DNA of 42,572 nucleotides, taken from positions 1 through 42,572 of IMG/VR virus record IMGVR_UViG_3300045988_038154; one strand, 5' to 3'. Both the position numbers and the translations under genes were made by a program. The notes below the pieces were generated by a model that did not search any database, was not told the DNA's origin, and saw nothing but the letters and a program-made list of their open reading frames with translations. Positions 15,397 through 21,657 of the stretch are shown here, one piece after another (positions within the stretch are counted from its first letter, which is position 1; every line of letters starts with the position of its first letter). The stretch is from a virus.

Positions 15397-15414
15397 AACA
15401 CAACATATTGTGTT
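15397..15414. promoter_or_regulatory. Palindromic operator-like box AACACAA-cata-TTGTGTT, with an extra half-site at 15366..15375
   Basis: Perfect 7-4-7 inverted repeat. It overlaps the -35 of the plus-strand promoter (TTGTGT-17-TATAAT, 15408..15436). Confidence 0.5.
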
Positions 15415-15518
15415 ACTCTATCCTTTCTGATATAATTGATTCATGACAAACGATTAAATAGGGCCTCTCATCTCCTTATGAAAGTCGCTAGTCAAATATT
15501 ATGGAAAGGAGAATTAAT

Positions 15519-15842
15519 ATGTCTAATACAAAAAAATTTGACTTAGTTGGTGATATAGCATTCTTTGCCACAGAAATTGATTATGATATTGCTATATCGA
15601 CAGCGGCTGGAACATACTTTGGAAAATTACTTCCTGATAATCCTGATGAAACTTATGATGGTATAAAAAAATTTTTAGAGTTTCGTAAAAATTTAAGCCA
15701 TACTTTCGACGGCGACGAACCACTCGAAGTTATTCTATTAGTAGATGTCACTTTGGTTACTGGTTCAAATCAAAAAATGACGATGCCATTTGTTTATTTG
15801 TTTATTGACCAAATAATTGGCGTCTCATGTGGCAAAATTTAA
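15519..15842 (+). CDS. Hypothetical 107-aa protein in a self-contained plus-strand cassette
   Basis: SD GGAAAGGAG before the ATG at 15519; it has its own promoter and its own terminator. Confidence 0.65.
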   Translation: MSNTKKFDLVGDIAFFATEIDYDIAISTAAGTYFGKLLPDNPDETYDGIKKFLEFRKNLSHTFDGDEPLEVILLVDVTLVTGSNQKMTMPFVYLFIDQIIGVSCGKI

Positions 15843-15942
15843 GATTAGAAACATTTGCTAGTCTTTTAGAATCAATCGTTATATTCAAAATAGCGTTTGA
15901 TTCTTTTTTCTTTCCACTATATGGATATCGTTTTGGTTTCAT
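15802..15942 (-). pseudogene. 46-codon ORF with a strong RBS that runs antisense into the plus-strand cassette (possible truncated early gene)
   Basis: AGAGGAGCAAAC precedes the ATG. The product is MKPKRYPYSGKKKESNAILNITIDSKRLANVSNLKFCHMRRQLFGQ, and the ORF overlaps 15802..15842 of the plus-strand ORF and its terminator. Confidence 0.3.
15869..15909 (+). terminator. Intrinsic terminator of the plus-strand cassette
   Basis: GAATCAA-t-CGTTA ... TAGCG-t-TTGATTC followed by T6. Confidence 0.6.
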
Positions 15943-15956
15943 GTTTGCTCCTCTTT

Positions 15957-16208
15957 CTACACATCTCCTTTAATAGGATTTTTTGCAACCCACTTCATAG
16001 TAGCTATTTGATTGATATTAACCATCAAGCCACCTATATTCAAAAACCTATTTTTAGGATTTCCAACAAATTGGAATAATTCAACAATTTGCATTACAGG
16101 GTTCGTCACCTCTATTTTCCTACCGTTCGATAGAGTAATGATCGCTGTAACTATCTCTGCAACTGGTACAGAATTTTTTAAACCTTTTTCTGAAATCAAA
16201 TTCGCCAT
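15957..16208 (-). CDS. Hypothetical 83-aa protein
   Basis: AGGAGTAGG lies 5 nt before the ATG. Confidence 0.6.
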   Translation of the reverse strand: MANLISEKGLKNSVPVAEIVTAIITLSNGRKIEVTNPVMQIVELFQFVGNPKNRFLNIGGLMVNINQIATMKWVAKNPIKGDV

Positions 16209-16354
16209 TTTTCCTACTCCTCAGTATTTCATTGAGGGCTGTTCTTTCTAGTTCATTCATTGTTTGTTCCTTTCATAATTTTAATTAGGCTCGAACCAGA
16301 ACCTCAGATAATATTAATAGGTTTCAAATAGCTACGTTCTTATTAGCTTTTTAC

Positions 16355-16371
16355 CTTGAATTTAATTCAAG
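16355..16371. promoter_or_regulatory. Perfect 17-bp palindrome CTTGAATTTAATTCAAG, a distal operator (O_D-like) downstream of cro
   Basis: It matches the near-identical site at 16634..16650 inside the lytic promoter. Confidence 0.6.
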
Positions 16372-16389
16372 TTTTACTGTAAAAAAATA

Positions 16390-16593
16390 TCAGATACCGT
16401 ACAAATCAGACGATTGAATGTGGTATTTATTACAAATGAGTACCATGTTCTTAGGAGAAATAGAAAGCACGTTCTTCTCCCAAGCGCTGACTGTTTGAGC
16501 TGTCGTACCAACGCTTTTAGCGAATTCTTTTTGCGTCATATTATGACGGGCTCGAAGTTCTTTGATTGTAATCTTTGGAACTATTTTTGTCAT
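16390..16593 (-). CDS. cro: Cro-like XRE HTH regulator
   Basis: HNMTQKEFAKSVGTTAQTVSAWEKN; divergent from the CI-like repressor. Confidence 0.85.
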   Translation of the reverse strand: MTKIVPKITIKELRARHNMTQKEFAKSVGTTAQTVSAWEKNVLSISPKNMVLICNKYHIQSSDLYGI

Positions 16594-16626
16594 TTTGTTG
16601 CTCCTCTCTAACTAACTTACAAACAT

Positions 16627-16655
16627 ATTGTAACTTGAATTTAATTCAATGTCAA
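16627..16655 (-). promoter_or_regulatory. Lytic promoter TTGACA-17-TACAAT, with an operator palindrome filling the spacer
   Basis: The minus strand reads TTGACAttgaattaaattcaagtTACAAT; the operator is at 16634..16650. Confidence 0.7.
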
Positions 16656-16704
16656 CAATTTTGTTGATTTTTTTTCAAGTTTTTTTAGTTTTTTTATAAA
16701 ACAA

Positions 16705-16733
16705 CTTGAAAGTTAGGAAAGTCTACTATATAA
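16705..16733 (+). promoter_or_regulatory. Lysogenic promoter TTGAAA-17-TATAAT for the repressor operon
   Basis: TTGAAAgttaggaaagtctactaTATAAT lies 28 nt upstream of the cI-like ATG. Confidence 0.65.
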
Positions 16734-16761
16734 TACTAATATAAACAGCAAGGAGAAAGAT

Positions 16762-17463
16762 ATGGATTTGAATAAGCAAAGAGGAAGTAGAATTGAAAGT
16801 TTGAGAGCTAACAAGGGCATTAGTCAACTTGAATTAGCGAAAATGTTAGGGTATAAGTCTGACTCAACTATTTCGAAGTGGGAAGGCGGTGCTAGTATTC
16901 CAACGGGGACAAAGATTGTAAAATTAGCTCAAGTTTTAGGAACTTCCACGGACTACATCTTGTATGGAGTCGATAAGCCTGCTGTCTCTGATATTCAATC
17001 TATCTATGATGACCTAAATGACATAAACAAGAAAAAAGTAGTAGATTTAGCTCTTACCTTGCGTGATAAACAAAATAGAAAGCCAATTCAAATGACTACT
17101 GTTTTTATCACAGGCTTTGTTTCTGCTGGCAACGGGGTCATGCAAGACGACTATGTAGACGCTGAAATCACAATTCCCTCTAATGAGGTTCCTGATGAAT
17201 TTGATAGCGTTGCAAAAGTGATAGGCGAAAGTATGTCACCTAAAATAAAAGACGGAGACCTACTTTTTATCAAGCATACCCCGCAAGTAGAGAATAATGA
17301 TATTGCAATTTTTCAAGTTAATGGCGAGAACTATGTCAAACAGTTCAAATCAAACGGGACACCATACCTGAAATCACTTAACCCCGACTACGACAATGTC
17401 TATCTTTCAGAAAATGACGACATCCGAACGATCGGGGAAGTCGTAGATATCTATAGAGTTTAA
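16762..17463 (+). CDS. cI: CI-like repressor (XRE HTH + LexA/S24 peptidase domain)
   Basis: N-terminal GISQLELAKMLGYKSDSTISKWE; C-terminal GESMSPKIKDGDLLFI ... VKQF (Ser/Lys dyad). Confidence 0.9.
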   Translation: MDLNKQRGSRIESLRANKGISQLELAKMLGYKSDSTISKWEGGASIPTGTKIVKLAQVLGTSTDYILYGVDKPAVSDIQSIYDDLNDINKKKVVDLALTLRDKQNRKPIQMTTVFITGFVSAGNGVMQDDYVDAEITIPSNEVPDEFDSVAKVIGESMSPKIKDGDLLFIKHTPQVENNDIAIFQVNGENYVKQFKSNGTPYLKSLNPDYDNVYLSENDDIRTIGEVVDIYRV

Positions 17464-17514
17464 ATTATGTGCAATCACTGAACCACATTAAAAGCTGGGA
17501 GGAGAATTCATATT

Positions 17515-18126
17515 ATGAAAGACGAAAAAAAAGTCTTAGGTATTTTAGCGATTGTTTTTGGTGGCATTGCCCTAATTGGTTCTTGGGTGCCTATTTTAAA
17601 CAATGTTTCATTCTTTATTGCTATTATCTCACTGATTTTGGGTGTAATCGCATTGATTGTTAACCGCAAAAACAAAAAAGCGCTTGCTATTGTCGGAACT
17701 TGTTTATCTATAGCTTCAATCATCATTGTACTTGTGACTCAAACAATGTATAGTAGCGCTCTAGATAATGCTAGCAAAGCGATTGATAAAGCTAGTTCGT
17801 CCATTGATGCTGATTATAGTAAGTCATCTTCCGAAAAAGCTAGTAAAGAAGCAAAAGCTGATTCAAACTTCAAGTGGACTGACGCTTATTTTGATAGCAT
17901 TGTAGATGGCACTACTACTTATGACGAGATTGTAGCAACTGTCGGTGAACCAAATACAACTAAAACAGATACTGACTATGATATTGATACTGATTCGAAA
18001 ATTCCATCTAAGGATTGTGATTGGGATTTAGACAATGGTTCATACTATGCTAGCGTTTCAATTCACTTTGTTCAAAAAAACGGAACTTATGTAGTTGATT
18101 ACAAAACCGGTACTGGTCTTAAATAA
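17515..18126 (+). CDS. Membrane protein (3 TM helices + extracellular domain), candidate superinfection exclusion factor
   Basis: Three hydrophobic helices in the first 75 aa. The C-terminal domain ends in TGTGLK, reminiscent of DUF3862-type lipoprotein domains. It sits between the repressor and the integrase. Confidence 0.6.
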   Translation: MKDEKKVLGILAIVFGGIALIGSWVPILNNVSFFIAIISLILGVIALIVNRKNKKALAIVGTCLSIASIIIVLVTQTMYSSALDNASKAIDKASSSIDADYSKSSSEKASKEAKADSNFKWTDAYFDSIVDGTTTYDEIVATVGEPNTTKTDTDYDIDTDSKIPSKDCDWDLDNGSYYASVSIHFVQKNGTYVVDYKTGTGLK

Positions 18127-18180
18127 AACAAAAAGCCCTACACTCACCGTCGCCAAACTTAGAGTGTAGAGCTAGCACCA

Positions 18181-18243
18181 CAGAAAAACAGAAAACACAC
18201 TAACAGTAAAACAAACCAATAAGGTTGTGTTTTCTTTTTTCTG
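18181..18243 (+). terminator. Long imperfect hairpin ending in a T-run, upstream of int
   Basis: CAGAAAAACAGAAAACACAC ... GTTGTGTTTTCTTTTTTCTG. Confidence 0.35.
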
Positions 18244-18276
18244 TACCCATTTTACCAAAATTAAGGAGATCTGACA

Positions 18277-19449
18277 ATGTGGGTAGAAGAATTACCAAAC
18301 GGAAAATATAAATATTTTGAGAGATACAAGGACACTTACACTGAGAAGTGGAAACGGGTATCTGTAACGCTTAACAGTGGGTCTAATCGAGCAAAGAAAG
18401 AGGCTCAACGCTTACTGGATGATAAGATAGCTGAGAAGATGGCTGGCTTAAACACTACCGATGCATCATTTAACGACGTGTTGCACGAATGGTGGGAATT
18501 CCACAAGAAAGGCATTCGAAGGACTTCGATTAGTTCCATGACCAGTAATGTCAGGTATGTCGAAGAGAATTTCGCTGTAGATGTCAAAATAGCAAACATT
18601 GATACACACTATATCCAACGCTTTATCAACGATGCCGATGTTCCACGTTCAATCCTTGAGCGTGTTAAATCTATTTTAAACCTTACCTTCGATTACGCTT
18701 GCACCGTTGGTTACATTCCTAGCAACCCTGCAAGACAAGCAAAACTTCCCAAGAAACAACAAACGATGGAAGATTACGACAAGATAAGAAATAAATTTCT
18801 AGAGATAGACACTGAACTACTTCCGCTACTTGCAGAATTACGAAAGCAAAAACGCACTTATAGAAATGCCATCCTTGCAGAGTTTCTCTTTGTCAGCGGT
18901 GCTCGAATCGGTGAAGCGGTAGCCCTTGAAACGTGCAATTACAGAAAAGAGGACGGCTACCTTGATATTTTTGGGACTCTTGATAGTGTCCAAGGCTACA
19001 AGAGGGCTAAGAAAGAACCACCTAAAACGCCAGCCGGCTACCGTAGCAATAAACTAACTAAACGTGAAATAGAATTGCTGGATGAAGCTATACAGATTCG
19101 TGATCTAAACAAGTCGTTATCAGACGATTGGGCGAACATGGATAGAGATTATATTTTTGTGACTGACAAGGGAGTGCCACTTCAACGGAACTCATTTAAC
19201 AATTCTATCCAAGCTGCTAACAAGAGACTGGATAAGCCGATTAATAAACCGATATCATCACATATCTTCAGACATACGCTGGTCAGCTATCTGGCTGAGA
19301 ATGGTGTCCCGTTAAAGGCTATCATGGATAGGGTTGGGCACGATGACAGTGATACCACAATGAAGATTTATACCCACGTAACCAACAAAATGAAGAATAA
19401 AGTGGTTGAAATCATTGATAACTTGCCCCTTTCGTGCCCCTCGAAATAA
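18277..19449 (+). CDS. int: Tyrosine integrase
   Basis: ARIGEA...HIFRHTLVSYLAENG...GHDDSDTTMKIYTHV (R..HxxR..Y catalytic signature). Confidence 0.95.
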   Translation: MWVEELPNGKYKYFERYKDTYTEKWKRVSVTLNSGSNRAKKEAQRLLDDKIAEKMAGLNTTDASFNDVLHEWWEFHKKGIRRTSISSMTSNVRYVEENFAVDVKIANIDTHYIQRFINDADVPRSILERVKSILNLTFDYACTVGYIPSNPARQAKLPKKQQTMEDYDKIRNKFLEIDTELLPLLAELRKQKRTYRNAILAEFLFVSGARIGEAVALETCNYRKEDGYLDIFGTLDSVQGYKRAKKEPPKTPAGYRSNKLTKREIELLDEAIQIRDLNKSLSDDWANMDRDYIFVTDKGVPLQRNSFNNSIQAANKRLDKPINKPISSHIFRHTLVSYLAENGVPLKAIMDRVGHDDSDTTMKIYTHVTNKMKNKVVEIIDNLPLSCPSK

Positions 19450-19456
19450 AAAAAGA

Positions 19457-19497
19457 CCTATCTACCAAGGTTTAACCCTTGATATGATAGGCTTTTT
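19457..19497 (+). terminator. Terminator after int
   Basis: CCTATC-ta-CCAAGG-tttaa-CCCTTG-atat-GATAGG followed by CTTTTTC. Confidence 0.65.
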
Positions 19498-19787
19498 CTT
19501 TGAGTCTTATTTTACTGTGCGGGAAAGTTAATCGGTTTTTAGATAAGTATATAATAGGAAGAAAACCTATTAAATAAGGATATATGCGTGTAAGATATAG
19601 ACGGTAAAACTCACATAAAGTTACTAAAGTTTACACTTATTGCCCCTTATTTGCCCCCTTTTCATAAAAAAGACTTGGCAGCATGAGCTACCAAGCGGCA
19701 TGAAAAAACAAAAACATTGAACGTTAAAGTCCATATATAGTGTACCTCTATTTGAATTAAATGTCTAATGTTACATCAAGGAGACAC

Positions 19788-19811
19788 AAAAAGGCTAGGA
19801 TAACCCTAGTC
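19788..19811 (-). terminator. Terminator of the small-protein operon
   Basis: Minus-strand GACUAGG-GUUAU-CCUAGCC followed by UUUUUG; it overlaps the stop codon of the last ORF. Confidence 0.45.
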
Positions 19812-19988
19812 TTTTATCGTTCCCAGATTACAACGTCTTTCTGCGATAAGCTCCTCTAGTTCGTTCAAATCCGAACCCGTAGCATGATTTCTGATAAAGC
19901 TACGAGCGGACGACCTTTTAGAGAGATAATTTCTATGCTCTCTATTGTTTGCATTCCACTTCTTAGTGGCCTTTGCTTGTGCGTCCAT
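19806..19988 (-). CDS. Hypothetical basic 60-aa protein (third gene of the moron operon)
   Basis: KKWNANNREHRNYLSKRSSARSFIRNHATGSDLNELEELI; no family recognised. Confidence 0.6.
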   Translation of the reverse strand: MDAQAKATKKWNANNREHRNYLSKRSSARSFIRNHATGSDLNELEELIAERRCNLGTIKD

Positions 19989-19997
19989 GCGATCTAC

Positions 19998-20294
19998 TCA
20001 CTTTCCAAATCTAGCGACGAATAATTTATGATATAACTCAATGTCATCGTTAGTGACATCTAACAATTTGCCGTGAGATTTTTTAACATTCACGTATTTT
20101 TCAAGTTCTTCGACGTTACGCATGTTGCTGATGTCGTAGCCAGCTGTTAACAAACCGTACAACGCTTTGTGGATTTCTCGCAAATTATCATTTTCCAATT
20201 TTTTAGAAAGATTGAACATTTTGCTTGCTGTTGCAGAATTGTTTTTGATCTCGTCTGTGTATCGAGAACCTAAAATTGTTTGACCGTTTTTCAT
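19998..20294 (-). CDS. Hypothetical 98-aa protein (second gene of the moron operon)
   Basis: GAGGT RBS; no motif recognised. Confidence 0.65.
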   Translation of the reverse strand: MKNGQTILGSRYTDEIKNNSATASKMFNLSKKLENDNLREIHKALYGLLTAGYDISNMRNVEELEKYVNVKKSHGKLLDVTNDDIELYHKLFVARFGK

Positions 20295-20336
20295 TTTGTT
20301 TTACCTCGTTTTATTTTTTTATGCTACTTCTTTGAG

Positions 20337-20519
20337 TTATCCAATGAAGTCGATTAATTCTTCAAAAGGAACTTGCTCTAAATCTTCATAATCTGTGAAG
20401 TCTTTCATGTATCCTTTCAAATCTTCGAGAACTTTTTCTTCAGTAACTTCTTCGTCTCCATCATAAACGCTCTTGTACTCTTCGACTAATTGGTTGATTT
20501 GTGATTGTGTTAGTGCCAT
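20337..20519 (-). CDS. Highly acidic 60-aa protein (first gene of the moron operon)
   Basis: AAGGTGA RBS; by hand count it has 18 Asp/Glu against 4 Lys and no Arg. Confidence 0.65.
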   Translation of the reverse strand: MALTQSQINQLVEEYKSVYDGDEEVTEEKVLEDLKGYMKDFTDYEDLEQVPFEELIDFIG

Positions 20520-20572
20520 TTTGTTTCACCTTGAGAACTTCTTTTGTTCTCCCTTTCCTTATCTTCATTTAT

Positions 20573-20601
20573 ATTATAGTACATATACTATAAATTGTCA
20601 A
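20573..20601 (-). promoter_or_regulatory. Perfect consensus sigma-70 promoter TTGACA-17-TATAAT
   Basis: The minus strand reads TTGACAatttatagtatatgtacTATAAT. Confidence 0.8.
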
Positions 20602-20637
20602 CACTTTTGAGAAAGAAATTTAAGTTTTTTGCAAAAT

Positions 20638-20661
20638 AAAAAAACCCGACAAAAAGCCGGG
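20638..20661 (-). terminator. Intrinsic terminator (insulator upstream of the moron promoter)
   Basis: Minus-strand CCCGGC-UUUUU-GUCGGG followed by U7. Confidence 0.65.
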
Positions 20662-20740
20662 GACAGTTCGAGAATTTTCGTCGAAAGACGTCAAATATTC
20701 CAATGACTATAGTAGCACTTATAGTAGAGATTAGCAAATA

Positions 20741-20801
20741 CAAAAAAGAGCTATGAGATAACCTCGTAGCTCTTTGCCTATGATGGACTTATATTATACC
20801 A
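20741..20801 (-). ncRNA. Candidate ~45-nt small RNA: extended -10 TGGTATAAT followed by a terminator, with no ORF
   Basis: TGGTATAAT lies at 20801..20793. The hairpin AAGAGCUA-CGAGGUUAUCUCA-UAGCUCUU plus UUUUUG ends at about 20741. Confidence 0.35.
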
Positions 20802-20804
20802 AAT

Positions 20805-20832
20805 AAAAAAAGCCCCAGCAAATGCCAGGGCT
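20805..20832 (-). terminator. Terminator after the endolysin gene
   Basis: Minus-strand AGCCC..UGGCAUUUGCUG..GGGCU followed by U7. Confidence 0.6.
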
Positions 20833-20919
20833 TCGACCACTACTGCCATGATATCCCTATTGCAGTGTGAGGGGAGGTGATATACTCCTTTTCGTTTTTT
20901 TAGTTTGCGTGGTCTGTTA

Positions 20920-21639
20920 TTACATATCTGTGCAGTCGTCCAAGTACTGGTCTTCAACCCACTGAGCACTGTCAGGGTGGTTGATTCGAGACCACCCGTT
21001 TAGTTTCTCGTAAACACGGACTCGTGTGCCTGCTGGGAGAAATTCCTTGTCTTGGCTATCAATGCGAGGACCAGCTTCAACGTAGTAGTCAGTGGTAAGA
21101 GTGCCTTCATAATAGGGTTTGTCTGACTTCTCTAAGCGTGTATTAACATCTAATTCACGCTCAAATTCGCTTTGGGCTGGTGCTGGAAGAGGTGTTCCGC
21201 TTTCACGGAAGACAATTTCACGAGGACGACCGTTTAAATCCCAAATATAATTATAGTCGTTTTCAGTCACACCGTCCATGCCATAGTTGCAATGGATAGC
21301 TGTGCTATCACTAGTCATAATCAATACGTGGCCAAACGCACCGAGCGAGCTTGAACCGTCACGAGGTGCCCAAATGACAACGTCCCCACGTTGACCATCG
21401 AATGTACCATCTACAGCGTCAAACACTTTTGCATAGCCAATTGCTGGCAATGCTTGTTGAAGTGATTCTGTGTTGTTATTTAAGCTGATTTCGAGTGCAT
21501 AGCTTACCGCTGATGAGCAGTCAAACTCAATGCGCCCATCTCCGTCAGCGTCGTTTCCGTAACGGTCACCCATGTCATAATGTACAGGGATTGATTGTAA
21601 GTGATACATGCGTGCGATACTTGATTCAATTTTACTCAT
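20920..21639 (-). CDS. Endolysin: Amidase_5/CHAP-like cysteine peptidase domain + SH3b-like wall-binding domain
   Basis: YDMGDRYG...EFDCSSAVSYAL...GHVLIM (Cys/His). The C-terminal end has LPAGTRVRVYEKLNGWSRI (SH3-like). RBS GAAGGAG. Confidence 0.85.
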   Translation of the reverse strand: MSKIESSIARMYHLQSIPVHYDMGDRYGNDADGDGRIEFDCSSAVSYALEISLNNNTESLQQALPAIGYAKVFDAVDGTFDGQRGDVVIWAPRDGSSSLGAFGHVLIMTSDSTAIHCNYGMDGVTENDYNYIWDLNGRPREIVFRESGTPLPAPAQSEFERELDVNTRLEKSDKPYYEGTLTTDYYVEAGPRIDSQDKEFLPAGTRVRVYEKLNGWSRINHPDSAQWVEDQYLDDCTDM

Positions 21640-21657
21640 TTATTTATTCTCCTTCAA

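Noticed and set aside
16123-16260. 46-codon ORF (MNELERTALNEILRSRKNGEFD...) with a good RBS, overlapping the 83-aa ORF 15957-16208 in another frame
   Set aside because: It cannot be decided from sequence alone. It might be a real leader ORF or the N-terminus of the 83-aa protein displaced by a slip in the A5 run at about 16206-16210. The 83-aa ORF has its own strong RBS, so the simple model was kept.
16283-16305. GGTTCGAGCC T-loop-like string on the minus strand
   Set aside because: The flanking bases cannot form a T stem or an acceptor stem.
17469-17726. ORFs 17469-17663 (plus) and 17508-17726 (minus)
   Set aside because: They overlap the well-supported membrane protein gene 17515-18126, which has a strong GGGAGGAG RBS. 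They are alternative-frame artefacts of a hydrophobic coding region.
20778-20969. 63-aa minus-strand ORF overlapping the end of the endolysin gene
   Set aside because: It spans the lysin stop codon and the lysin terminator hairpin, and it lacks an RBS.
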